Source of the DNA: Acidobacteriota bacterium
GTDB lineage: Bacteria; Acidobacteriota; Vicinamibacteria; Marinacidobacterales; Marinacidobacteraceae
Length of the DNA: 64,000 nt
NCBI GenBank assembly: GCA_009840635.1
Contig: VXNL01000079.1
Span: forward strand, 3,782 to 67,781
Direction of reading: 5' to 3'
In this document: positions 8,788 to 18,078 of the stretch, piece after piece
Position numbering within the stretch: position 1 is the stretch's first letter
Layout of the letters: each line of letters begins with the position of its first letter
Translations under genes and position numbers: made by a program
The notes under the pieces: model-generated
Databases searched by the model: none
Told to the model about the DNA's origin: nothing
What the model saw: only the letters and a program-made list of their open reading frames with translations

Positions 8788-10233
8788 CTACCCGAACACC
8801 ACCGGCACCCAGAAGACCGCGAACAGGCAGGTGAGGACCGCGCCGATGATGTTCACCCCGATGCCGGCGCGCACCATCTGAGGGATCGTGAAGTGTCCGG
8901 TTCCGAACACGATGGCGTTCGGCGGGGTGGCTGCGGGCAGCATGAATGCGCAGGAGGCGGCGACCGTCACCGGAAGCAGCAGCATCAGCGGCGGGATGCC
9001 GGCGCCCGTGGCGACGGCGGCCAGGATGGGCACCATCATCGCGGTCGACGCGAGGTTCGAGGCCAGCTCGGTGAGCAGGATGATGAACACCACCACCATG
9101 ATCACGAACAGCGGAAGCGGCAGCGCCGAAGCGCCGGCGAGACGGTCGCCCAGAAACTGGGACAGCCCGCTCACCTCCAGACCGTTCGCGAGCGAGAAGC
9201 CGCCGCCGATCAGGATCAGGACGTCCCAGGGAATCTTCACTCCCCATTCCCAGTTGAGGATGCGTTCCCCCGAGCCGTTCCCGGCGGGGACGAGGAAGCA
9301 CAGCACTGTCGCCGCCATGGCGATCGTGGAATCGCTGATGAGCCCGCCGGTCGGCAGGAACCCGGTCCAGACCGGGCGGAACATCCAGGCCAGGGCAGTG
9401 GCCCCGAACAGGACGGAGAGTCGCTTCTCCGGGGTGGAGAGCGGTCCGAGCGCCTGGTAGGCGGAGCGGACCGGCTCCCGGCCGCCGGGAATGTCCTTGA
9501 TCCGGATCGGAAACGCGACGCGGGTGAGCCAGAGCCAGGTCAGGGGGAGAAACAGGACCGTCAGCGGCATCGCGAAGGCGAGCCAGCGCACGAAGGTGAT
9601 CTGGATGTCCAGTTGCTCGCTCAGGAAACCGGCGAGGAACACGTTGGGCGGCGTTCCGATGAGGGTCGAGAACCCACCGATGGAGGCCCCGTAGGCGCAG
9701 CCGAGCATCAGGCAGACCGCGAACGGGAAATCCCCGGGGGCGGGCCGCCTGGGCCCGTGGACCGCCCTCGATATCTCCGCGATCACGGCGACCCCGATCG
9801 GCATCATCATCGCGGTGGTGGCCGTGTTGGAGACCCACATGGACAAGAACGCGGACGCCACCATGAAGCCGAGCACCAGCCGGGGAGGCGAGCTGCCCAT
9901 CGCCATCACCGTCCGGAGCGCGATCCGCCGGTGCAGGTTCCAGCGCTGCATCGCCTGGGCGATCATGAACCCGCCCAGGAAGAGGTACACGAGGTGGTTG
10001 GCGTAGGGCGCCGCCGCCCCCGCCGCGTTCGTGATCCCGAACGGCGGGAGGAGCGCCAGCGGCAACAGGGAGGTCACCGCCAGCGGCGCCGCTTCCGTAA
10101 CCCACCAGGTGGCCATGATCGCGGCCACCGCCAGCATCCGGCGCGCCTCGTCGGGAATGCCCGGGATCGGGACGACGGCGATGCCGACCAACAGGGCCAG
10201 CCCGAGGACGAGTCCGATCCGCTCGCGCTTCAT
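8788..10233 (-). CDS. DASS family (SLC13-like) sodium-coupled anion symporter
   Basis: A 481-aa polytopic membrane protein with the SNTATTAMMMP and PPNAIVFGTG hairpin motifs of DASS/CitT transporters. Confidence 0.85.
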   Translation of the reverse strand: MKRERIGLVLGLALLVGIAVVPIPGIPDEARRMLAVAAIMATWWVTEAAPLAVTSLLPLALLPPFGITNAAGAAAPYANHLVYLFLGGFMIAQAMQRWNLHRRIALRTVMAMGSSPPRLVLGFMVASAFLSMWVSNTATTAMMMPIGVAVIAEISRAVHGPRRPAPGDFPFAVCLMLGCAYGASIGGFSTLIGTPPNVFLAGFLSEQLDIQITFVRWLAFAMPLTVLFLPLTWLWLTRVAFPIRIKDIPGGREPVRSAYQALGPLSTPEKRLSVLFGATALAWMFRPVWTGFLPTGGLISDSTIAMAATVLCFLVPAGNGSGERILNWEWGVKIPWDVLILIGGGFSLANGLEVSGLSQFLGDRLAGASALPLPLFVIMVVVFIILLTELASNLASTAMMVPILAAVATGAGIPPLMLLLPVTVAASCAFMLPAATPPNAIVFGTGHFTIPQMVRAGIGVNIIGAVLTCLFAVFWVPVVFG

Positions 10234-10365
10234 CCGTTTGATCGTCGGAATTCGATGCCGGGCCGGGCGTTATCGCCGGCCGGGGGCGCGAGAGCGTATG
10301 CCATTCGGCCGGCAACGTGTCGTCCCCAAACCCCGAGGCGGCTGGGGCGGCGGCGTGGCCGGCCG

Positions 10366-13125
10366 CTATTGCTGGTCGGTCGTTTCCGGCTGGTACCCGA
10401 GGCTGAGGAGGTTCGCGAGCAGCCGGTAGGCCCCCGGCGTGCCGGCGGGAAGCTGTCGCCAGAGGCCGAGGCCGAGGTAGAGCCACCGGCCCTCGCCGTG
10501 GCGGGCCTCCACCAGGATGCCGCGCTTCTCCCCGGCGTTGTATTCAAAGGGGTCCTCGGAGGCGAGGAGGTCCCGGTAGGCGGGGTCCCCGCCCGGGGCC
10601 AGGAAATAGAGCCCGCGCTCCTGCACCCAGCCGGCCCAGTCGGAGTCGTCGATCCGGTTCGGCCCGGTGAAGGCCGGATGTTCCGGGATCAGGACCTGCA
10701 TCGGGGCGTCTTCGTCGGTGATCCGGCCCCGCCCGACCGAAATCGGATACGGCCCCCAGGGTCCGGAGTTGAACTCGAACTTGTTGTACTGGACGAGCAG
10801 GGTCCCGCCTCCGGCGACGTAGTCGAGCAGACGCTGGTTGTGCGTCCTGAGGTCGGGACGGGCCAGATACGCGCGCACCCCGAGGACGATGGTGTCGAAC
10901 CCCGAGAGGTCCCCCTCGGCGAGCGCCGCCTCGTCCAGGAAGGTCAGAGGCACTCCGAGCTGCGCGATGGCCTCGGCGACTTCGTCCCCGACCCCCTCGA
11001 CGTAGCCGACGTGGACCGGGGCGACCGCCGCGTCCAGTACCCGCGCCGCGGCTACCGCCGGTCGGAAGAGGTAGCGCGTCTCGATGTGGTGGTAGGCGAT
11101 CTCCTGAACCGTTTCGGTGAACGGGTCGCCGCCTTCCGCGGGCTGCGCCGAAGCGGCGAGCCGGTAGCCGCCGTCGGCCGCTCCGGCCGGAGCGCTCACT
11201 TCGAACTCGACGCGGGTTTCACCCGGGCCGTAAAAAGCGACCGGAATGCGTTCCGGGGCAACGGCCCACCCCGCGGGGGCCTCGAGCACCGCGTCGAACT
11301 CCGCCGCGCCGTCCCCGCGATAGACGACGGAGACGCCGAGCCGGCGGGGGTTCTGCCCGCGGGGAAAGACGACGATCTCGGGTGACACGGCGACCGAAGC
11401 GAGCGGGAGCACCGAGATCTCCTTCTGTTTCTCCGTGCCCACCCAGGGTCCCTCGTAGCGGTACTCGACCGGCGTCGAGATCTCGACGGGAACGCCGGCG
11501 GACTCGAAGACAACGCGCGCCCTGACCTGGGGCGGTCGGGCCGACAGAGCGAACAGCTCCTCCGACAGCGGGTCGAAGCGGTCCGCGTCGGGGTCGTCGA
11601 GCCAGGGCTGGCGGCTCAGGGCCGCGTTCTCGGCCACCGAGACCCCGAACTCCGCGCGCAGCGGGCGGCGGGAGCTCGTTTCGAGAGGCAGGTCGCCGGG
11701 GCCGATCGCCGGGGTCGGGGCGCGGCGGCGGGGGCCCGGGCGAGAAGGGACCGCTGTCGTGGCCGGTGAGGCATCGACCTCCCAGCCCTCCGGGACCTCG
11801 ATGTGGATGCCGGTCACGGTCGCGCCTTCGACGGGTCCTCCACGGACGAAGACCTGGGCGGCGAACCGGGCGCCCGGAACGGCGGTTCCGGTGTCCGCCA
11901 CCGCGTCCACCACGAGTCCGTGGGCGAGCGCGATCGCCTCCTGGATCTGGGCCGTCCGCGGCGCCATCCGGTGCTCGATCTCCGCGCGGCTCTCAGCGGC
12001 CAGTCCCTCCGGCAAGGTGTCCCGGCGCAGACCCTTGGCGGCTGCGAGCGCCCTCCTGAGGCCGGGCAGCGAGTCCTGGGGCGCGGTCGCCGAGAAGGCG
12101 CTCGTAGCTTCCTCCACCGCCTCGCGCAGGGAGTCCAGTCGTTCGCGGGTCACGGCTGCGGCCTCCGGCGTCCCCGCGACGAACGCTTCCAGCCGCTCGA
12201 GTCCGGTCGGAATCCCGGCGAAGAGACCGTCCGTCCCTTCCGGTCCAAGCGCCGTTCCGTCCTCCGCGCCGCGGGTCTCGACGAGTTCCGCAGGAAATCC
12301 GCTCGGTGCGCCGCGCACCTGGCCCATCCCCTGGCACCGGTGGGCCGAACGCGCCTCCGCTCCGAGGTCGGCGTACGTGCGGCCGAGGAGCGGATCCCAG
12401 ACCGCCGTCTCCACCCGTACGGTGCGGGTTTCCCGGGAAACCGGACTGCCGCCCACGCCGCCGATCAGCAGGCGCACCGGCCGCCAGGGCAGCAGGCCCA
12501 ACCCGGCATGCTCCGGGAAGCGGGCCGGATCGTCCGCCACGTCGAAAGCCTCGTGCACAAGCCGTCCCGTCGCCTGGTGGTGTTGGCCCCCGCCGGTACC
12601 GGAAGGAGGCAGAGTGAGCACCACGTCCGGACGGAACATCCGGATCAACCGCACCACCTCGCCGAGCGTCTTCTCCTCGTCCCACTTCTCGAGCGTCTCT
12701 TCGACGCTGAAGGAGTAGCCGAAGTCGGACACCATGCCGAAGTACTGCTCCACGGCGTCGAGCCGGTGAGAGGTGAGAAGCTCTTCGGTGCGCAGGATGC
12801 GCAGCCCGTCGAAGAGTTCGGGTCCGATTTCGTTCTGTCCGCCGCCGCCCCGGGTCAGGCTCACGAGCGAGACCCGGGCGCCCAGGCCGCGGCTGAGCAG
12901 GGCGTGGAGGGCGTTGTTCTCGTCGTCCGGGTGCGCCACGATGGTGAGCACCGAAACGCCGCTCCCGATCTTGCGGAGCGCGAGTCCGAGTCCGGTGGCG
13001 CCCCGGTCCTCGGCGAGGGGCCGGAGCTGTGCGGGCGCAACGGCGGCGCTGAAAGCGACGATCGCCGCCGTCAACAGCGCCAGGGGCCGAAGCGCGAACC
13101 GCCGCGCCGGTCGTGAAGTTGTCAT
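10366..13125 (-). CDS. Secreted PIG-L/LmbE-family deacetylase fused to a ThuA/class-I-amidotransferase-like C-terminal domain
   Basis: It has a signal peptide and the AHPDDE motif of LmbE deacetylases near the N-terminus. The C-terminus (TIVLGVRAYL...GGTLLVQYNKF) is ThuA-like. Length is 919 aa. Confidence 0.8.
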   Translation of the reverse strand: MTTSRPARRFALRPLALLTAAIVAFSAAVAPAQLRPLAEDRGATGLGLALRKIGSGVSVLTIVAHPDDENNALHALLSRGLGARVSLVSLTRGGGGQNEIGPELFDGLRILRTEELLTSHRLDAVEQYFGMVSDFGYSFSVEETLEKWDEEKTLGEVVRLIRMFRPDVVLTLPPSGTGGGQHHQATGRLVHEAFDVADDPARFPEHAGLGLLPWRPVRLLIGGVGGSPVSRETRTVRVETAVWDPLLGRTYADLGAEARSAHRCQGMGQVRGAPSGFPAELVETRGAEDGTALGPEGTDGLFAGIPTGLERLEAFVAGTPEAAAVTRERLDSLREAVEEATSAFSATAPQDSLPGLRRALAAAKGLRRDTLPEGLAAESRAEIEHRMAPRTAQIQEAIALAHGLVVDAVADTGTAVPGARFAAQVFVRGGPVEGATVTGIHIEVPEGWEVDASPATTAVPSRPGPRRRAPTPAIGPGDLPLETSSRRPLRAEFGVSVAENAALSRQPWLDDPDADRFDPLSEELFALSARPPQVRARVVFESAGVPVEISTPVEYRYEGPWVGTEKQKEISVLPLASVAVSPEIVVFPRGQNPRRLGVSVVYRGDGAAEFDAVLEAPAGWAVAPERIPVAFYGPGETRVEFEVSAPAGAADGGYRLAASAQPAEGGDPFTETVQEIAYHHIETRYLFRPAVAAARVLDAAVAPVHVGYVEGVGDEVAEAIAQLGVPLTFLDEAALAEGDLSGFDTIVLGVRAYLARPDLRTHNQRLLDYVAGGGTLLVQYNKFEFNSGPWGPYPISVGRGRITDEDAPMQVLIPEHPAFTGPNRIDDSDWAGWVQERGLYFLAPGGDPAYRDLLASEDPFEYNAGEKRGILVEARHGEGRWLYLGLGLWRQLPAGTPGAYRLLANLLSLGYQPETTDQQ

Positions 13126-13238
13126 TGCCGCGCTCTCCTCGGGGGATTCGGGAGCCAGTCCTCCTAGAATCTCCGCGCCCGGGCCGGTCAGCGCCCGGCC
13201 CCGCCAGTGAGTCTAGCCGGGACTCCGCCGGAGCACCG

Positions 13239-13376
13239 ATGGAAACGCCTTCCGACCAGCCCCCCTCTCCAGGCGGGTTCTTCCGCTCCTGGCGGCGGCT
13301 CTACGCGGCGGTACTCCTGACCGCGCTCTCCGTTTACGTCCTTCTCTTCGCGTTCTCGCGGATCTTCGCCCCTTAG
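13239..13376 (+). CDS. Small single-TM protein, putative SSF-transporter small subunit (DUF3311/DUF4212-like)
   Basis: A 45-aa ORF, METPSDQPPSPGGFFRSWRRLYAAVLLTALSVYVLLFAFSRIFAP. It ends 9 nt before the SSF permease start. Confidence 0.4.
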   Translation: METPSDQPPSPGGFFRSWRRLYAAVLLTALSVYVLLFAFSRIFAP

Positions 13377-13385
13377 GCGTCCTCC

Positions 13386-15104
13386 TTGCAGCTCCTCGAC
13401 TGGATCGTCGTCGCGGCCTACTTCGGGCTGATCATCACCGTCGGCTACTGGACGGGGCGGGGGAACCGGGGCCTCGAGGACTACTTCCTGGCTCGCCGCT
13501 CGATGCCTTGGTACGCGATGGGCCTCTCGGTGATGGCCACGCAGGCGAGCGCCATCACGCTGGTGGGCACGACCGGCCAGGCCTACGTGGACGGGATGCG
13601 TTTCATCCAGATCTACTTCGCCCTGCCGATCGCCATGGTGATCCTGTGCGTCACCCTGGTGCCGCTGTTCTACCGGGCGAGGGTCTTTACCGCCTACGAG
13701 TACCTGGAGCGGCGGTGCGGTCCGCACACCCGGTCCCTCACCAGCCTGCTCTTCCTCTTCGGGAGGGCGCTTTCCGGGGCGGTGGTGATCTACGCGCCGT
13801 CGGTGGTCCTCTCGGTGGTCTTCTCGCTCGACGAGACGCTCACCATCCTGATCATCGGCGGCTTCGCCACGGTCTACACCGCGCTCGGGGGCATGCGCGC
13901 CGTGATGTGGGTCGAGACCTGGCAGATGCTGATCATCCTGCTCGGCATCCTGTTCTGCCTCGGGTCGGTCATCTGGGGGCTGCCCGACGAGGTGAGTCTC
14001 GGGGAGGCGCTGCGGCTCGCCGGTTCCACCGGCCGCCTGGAGACCCTGTCCTTCGACACCGACCCGCGCCAGACCTACACCGTCTGGACGGGGCTCCTCG
14101 GCGGGCTCTTCCTGATGCTCTCCTACTTCGGTTGCGACCAGAGCCAGGTCCAGCGCTATCTCACCGGGCGTTCGCTCCGCGAGAGCCGGCTTTCGCTGAT
14201 CTTCAACGCCTTCGCCAAGCTGCCGGTGCAGTTCGTGATCCTGCTCACCGGGGCGCTCCTCTTCGTCTTCTACCAGTTCGAAAGGCCGCCGGTGCTCTTC
14301 GATCCGGTGACGCTCGCCGAGACGCGCGCGGCCGAGCCCGAGGCGATGGCGGCCATGGAAGCCCGCTATGAGACCGCGTTCGCCGAACGCCGCACGGCCG
14401 CGCTCGACTACGCGGAGGCGGACGGCGGTTCCTCCGAGGCGGCGCTGAAGGAGCGCTACGTGGCGGCCGACCTGGCGTTCCAGGAGACGCGCGCCGATGC
14501 GGTCCGCACTGCGGCCGAGGTCAAGGGCGAACCCTGGACCGACACGAACCACGTGTTCCCGACCTTCGTGTTCACGCAGCTCCCCCCGGGGGTCGTCGGC
14601 CTGATCCTCATCGCAGTGCTCGCGGCGGCGATGTCCACCGTGGAGTCGGAACTGTCGGCGCTCTCGACCGCCAGCGTGGTGGACTTCTACCGCCGGTTCC
14701 GGAACCGATTCGTGCGTGGCCCCACGTCCGACCGCCATGACCTGATCGCGGGGCGGGTGGGGATCCTGTTCTGGGGGACGGTCGCCACCGGGGCCGCCCT
14801 GTACATGGGGAGGCTCGGGTCCGCGGTGGAAGCGGTGAACCGGGTGGGGTCCTTCTTCTACGGCCCCATCCTGGGGGCGTTCGTCCTCGCCGCCGTCTTC
14901 CCGAACCGGGGCGCTCGCCGCGCCTTCCCGGCGGTGATCTGCGGCGTCGCCGCCGTCTGGGCCGCGGACCTGGTCCCCCGGGCGCTCGGCATCGAGGGTG
15001 TTTCCTACCTCTACTACAACCTGATCGGAACCGCCGTCACCGTGGGGGTCGGTCTGTTTCTGGGGCGCTTGGGGGGCGATCCGCGGGAGGCCGGGATCCG
15101 ATGA
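13386..15104 (+). CDS. Sodium:solute symporter family (SSF) transporter
   Basis: A 572-aa membrane protein with SSF topology, using a TTG start per the ORF track. It has a large cytoplasmic loop. Confidence 0.85.
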   Translation: MQLLDWIVVAAYFGLIITVGYWTGRGNRGLEDYFLARRSMPWYAMGLSVMATQASAITLVGTTGQAYVDGMRFIQIYFALPIAMVILCVTLVPLFYRARVFTAYEYLERRCGPHTRSLTSLLFLFGRALSGAVVIYAPSVVLSVVFSLDETLTILIIGGFATVYTALGGMRAVMWVETWQMLIILLGILFCLGSVIWGLPDEVSLGEALRLAGSTGRLETLSFDTDPRQTYTVWTGLLGGLFLMLSYFGCDQSQVQRYLTGRSLRESRLSLIFNAFAKLPVQFVILLTGALLFVFYQFERPPVLFDPVTLAETRAAEPEAMAAMEARYETAFAERRTAALDYAEADGGSSEAALKERYVAADLAFQETRADAVRTAAEVKGEPWTDTNHVFPTFVFTQLPPGVVGLILIAVLAAAMSTVESELSALSTASVVDFYRRFRNRFVRGPTSDRHDLIAGRVGILFWGTVATGAALYMGRLGSAVEAVNRVGSFFYGPILGAFVLAAVFPNRGARRAFPAVICGVAAVWAADLVPRALGIEGVSYLYYNLIGTAVTVGVGLFLGRLGGDPREAGIR

Positions 15105-16846
15105 GCCGGTTCCGGACCCGCACGGTCTCCCGGATCGTCGAGGCGCTGTCCTCGCGGGAGATCCTGCGCCGCTCCGGCTTCTTCACCGGTCTCAACCTCG
15201 GGATCGGGGCGCTGGTGGGCGGCGTCATCGTGTCGTTCATCGTGGTGACCGAGTGGCTCGCCGACATCGTGGTCCACGGCCCGGCGCTCGGTGCGTTCCG
15301 CTTCGCCGCGCCCGTCCTCGGGGCCCTGGCCGCCGGATTCCTGATGCACCGCTGGTTCGAGGGGGCGCGGGGCAGCGGGATTCCCCAGACGAAGGCCGCG
15401 CTGGTCGCGAAGGACGGCCGGATTCCGTTCCGGGTGCCCTTCGGGAAGTACCTCTGCGGGGTCCTCACCCTGGGGAGCGGCATTCCGCTCGGACGCGAAG
15501 GACCGTCCGCGCAGATCGGCGCCGGGATCGCCTCCTCCGTGGGAGAGGCGCTGCATCTGGATACCGAGCAGCGCCGGCAGTTGGTACCCGTCGGGACCGC
15601 GGCGGCGATCGCGGCGGCCTTCAACACCCCGATCGCCGCGATCCTGTTCTCGCTCGAGGAGATCGTCGGCAACCTGCACGCCCGGGTGCTCGGCTCCGTC
15701 GTCCTCAGCGCCGTGGCGAGCTGGCTGGTGCTCCGCCTGTCGCTGGGCGACGAGCCGCTGTTCTCGGTTCCCGCCTACGAACTCGGGTCGCCCTGGGAAC
15801 TGCTCATCTACGCGGTGCTCGGCGTGCTCGGCGGGCTGATGTCGGTGGGCTTCGTGCGCGCGCTCCTCTGGCTGCGCGCCGCGTTCCGGCGGCTCCCGGT
15901 CTCGAGCCGCTGGTTCCAGCCGGCGCTCGGCGGTCTCGCGGTGGCCGCCGCCTGGGTCCTGCTGCCCGGGTTCTTCGAGGTCGGCTACGGCCCGGTGGGC
16001 CGGGCGCTCGCCGGTGAACTGTCCATGGGAACGATGGCGGTTCTGCTGGCCCTCCACCTGGCGCTGGTGGTCTTCGCCTACGCCTCGGGCAACGCGGGGG
16101 GGATCTTCGGCCCCAGCATCTTCCTCGGCGCCATGCTGGGAGGAGTCGTCGGCAGCCTCGCAAATACCTGGTTCGACTTCGCCTCCGGCCCGGGGGCCTA
16201 CTCCCTGGTCGGCATGGGGGCCGCCTTCGCCGGGATCCTCCGTGTGCCGATGGCGTCGGTCTTCATGATCTTCGAGATCACCCAGAGCTATGCGGTCATC
16301 GTGCCGATGATGATCGCCAACCTCACCTCGTTCTTCGTCTCCCGGCGGCTCCAGCGGGTGTCCGTTTATGAGGCCCTCGCCGCGCAGGACGGGATCCGGC
16401 TCCCGTCGACGGAGGACGAGGAGCCGCATCCGGTGGTCCGCGCGGCCATGCGCCCGCCGCGGGAGCTCCTCCCTCCGAGTCTTACCGTGGAGGACGCCAT
16501 CGAGCGGGTGGCGCTCAGCGGCAAGCGGGCCTGGCCGGTGGCGGAAGGCAACCGGATCTCAGGGCTGATCACGCTGGCCGAGCTGGAGCGGTGGCACGCT
16601 TGGGGCCAGGATCAGGAACGCCTCGGCGACCTCGTGCGCGGCCGGAAGTTCCCGCACGCGCACGCCGATCAGCCTATCGACCATGTGCTCGCGACGATGG
16701 GCCGGATCCGCATGGACACCCTGCCCGTGGTGAGTCGGGTAGACCTCCATCAGCTCGAGGCCGTCGTCACCGTCTCCGACCTGCTCCGGGCCTACGGCAT
16801 CGCGCCGGGGACGGGTGATGGCCCGCCCCGGGGCATCCCGGGATAG
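15101..16846 (+). CDS. ClC voltage-gated chloride channel / H+-Cl- antiporter with C-terminal CBS domains
   Basis: It carries the GSGIPLGREGP selectivity-filter motif and GIFGPS. The C-terminal region is CBS-like. The start overlaps the upstream stop as ATGA. Confidence 0.9.
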   Translation: MSRFRTRTVSRIVEALSSREILRRSGFFTGLNLGIGALVGGVIVSFIVVTEWLADIVVHGPALGAFRFAAPVLGALAAGFLMHRWFEGARGSGIPQTKAALVAKDGRIPFRVPFGKYLCGVLTLGSGIPLGREGPSAQIGAGIASSVGEALHLDTEQRRQLVPVGTAAAIAAAFNTPIAAILFSLEEIVGNLHARVLGSVVLSAVASWLVLRLSLGDEPLFSVPAYELGSPWELLIYAVLGVLGGLMSVGFVRALLWLRAAFRRLPVSSRWFQPALGGLAVAAAWVLLPGFFEVGYGPVGRALAGELSMGTMAVLLALHLALVVFAYASGNAGGIFGPSIFLGAMLGGVVGSLANTWFDFASGPGAYSLVGMGAAFAGILRVPMASVFMIFEITQSYAVIVPMMIANLTSFFVSRRLQRVSVYEALAAQDGIRLPSTEDEEPHPVVRAAMRPPRELLPPSLTVEDAIERVALSGKRAWPVAEGNRISGLITLAELERWHAWGQDQERLGDLVRGRKFPHAHADQPIDHVLATMGRIRMDTLPVVSRVDLHQLEAVVTVSDLLRAYGIAPGTGDGPPRGIPG

Positions 16847-16971
16847 TTTTGTTCGGAACGATGGTCAGCCCAGGCACGGGTTTCGCTGTTCTATTGACTT
16901 TGCGCCGTCCATGGCGTTGACAGCAATGACCAAACCAGCTTGCCGATCCACTGATTTCGAGGGAATTCAAC

Positions 16972-17481
16972 ATGACATCACCTTCACTCCTGGAAAAGGC
17001 AACGGATGTTCCCAAGATGATTGCCATGCAAGCAGTCAAGCCCTTGCGTCTCATGTTGCGTGAGCCGTTGGATTACCCAAACACTCAAGGAGAGCTGGCT
17101 GCTTTGGTGGACAACGCGCTTGCTCATGAGATCCGTGCCGGGTTTACGCACCGCTTCATCACCTTGTTGTTCGTCACCGTGGGTGAGCGGGTGTTCTGTC
17201 GTCGCTACCAATACACCGAACCATCGTGGCACAGCGTGTTCCGAGCCAATCCGGCAGGTCAGATAAGGCTCGACAAGACCGTTGTAAACATCACGGCCCA
17301 GGTTCCAGACGATCTGAGCGACACCCTTCCGGCCATTGATGCGAGCTATGCAGCCAAGCTCAAACAGCTGGGCGCGCGTTTTCTGTTGGAAGGAGCGGTG
17401 GAACCGCGAGCCCAGGAAAGCACGCTGGAACTGATGCTGGCGCCCGGGCCGGCGATCACCGACCGGATCGACAGACAGTGA
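16972..17481 (+). CDS. DUF2255 family protein (split-barrel / PNPOx-like)
   Basis: The core VTVGERVFCRRYQYTEPSWHSVFRANPAGQIRLDKTVVNITAQV and the C-terminal IDASYAAKL match the DUF2255 pattern. It lies in a roughly 56% GC patch. Confidence 0.55.
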   Translation: MTSPSLLEKATDVPKMIAMQAVKPLRLMLREPLDYPNTQGELAALVDNALAHEIRAGFTHRFITLLFVTVGERVFCRRYQYTEPSWHSVFRANPAGQIRLDKTVVNITAQVPDDLSDTLPAIDASYAAKLKQLGARFLLEGAVEPRAQESTLELMLAPGPAITDRIDRQ

Positions 17482-17527
17482 GCGGAGGGGAGCAACACAT
17501 GAGCGTGGCTGTCCCGCTGGCTGCAAC

Positions 17528-18010
17528 GTGATCGCTGCCGTCCAGCGGGTCTCTCGCGCCTCGGTCGCGGTGGAGGGGGAACTCGTCTCCGAGATCGGCG
17601 AGGGACTTCTGGTGCTGCTCGGGGTGTCCGTCACCGATACCGCTGGGGACGCCGCCTGGCTCGCGAAGAAGATCGCCGGGCTCCGGATGTTCCGGGCGCC
17701 CGAGGGGGAGCCGGAGCGGAGCGTGCTCGAAATCGGCGGGGAGGTGCTCGCGGTGTCGCAGTTCACCCTGCTCGGGAACTGCCGCAAGGGGCGGCGTCCG
17801 TCCTTTACCCGCGCCGCTCCGGGGCCGGAAGCCGAAGCGCTCTACGAGGAGTTTTGCGCCCGGCTGCGGGAACTCGGAGTTCCGGTGGGCACCGGCCGCT
17901 TCGGGGCGATGATGGAGGTCTCGCTGGTGAACGACGGGCCCTACACCCTGCTCGTCGAGAGTCCCGGCGGCTCCACGCGGCGGGGTATCCTTTCCGCTTC
18001 TCGCGAATAG
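17528..18010 (+). CDS. dtd: D-aminoacyl-tRNA deacylase
   Basis: It starts MIAAVQRVSRASV and carries the SQFTL motif. A GTG start overlaps the stop of a 10-codon uORF. Confidence 0.85.
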   Translation: MIAAVQRVSRASVAVEGELVSEIGEGLLVLLGVSVTDTAGDAAWLAKKIAGLRMFRAPEGEPERSVLEIGGEVLAVSQFTLLGNCRKGRRPSFTRAAPGPEAEALYEEFCARLRELGVPVGTGRFGAMMEVSLVNDGPYTLLVESPGGSTRRGILSASRE

Positions 18011-18078
18011 CGGCGGCTGGCCGGGTCGGCCCGTCGTGCGCCGACCGCCCCCATTCGCTCGAGAGCGAGGTATTTCTC

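Noticed and set aside
10234-10365. Possible TPP riboswitch upstream of the DASS-tenA genes
   Set aside because: No CUGAGA or GCCAGCG-type TPP aptamer elements could be found on the transcribed strand.
8893-11385. 830-aa plus-strand ORF rich in His/Arg/Asp/Gly
   Set aside because: It is antisense to the DASS transporter and LmbE genes, which have clear domain signatures. Its composition is dominated by codon-complement bias.
13188-14738. 516-aa minus-strand ORF
   Set aside because: It is antisense to the SSF transporter. It has no motifs and its composition is Arg/Gly/Glu-rich.
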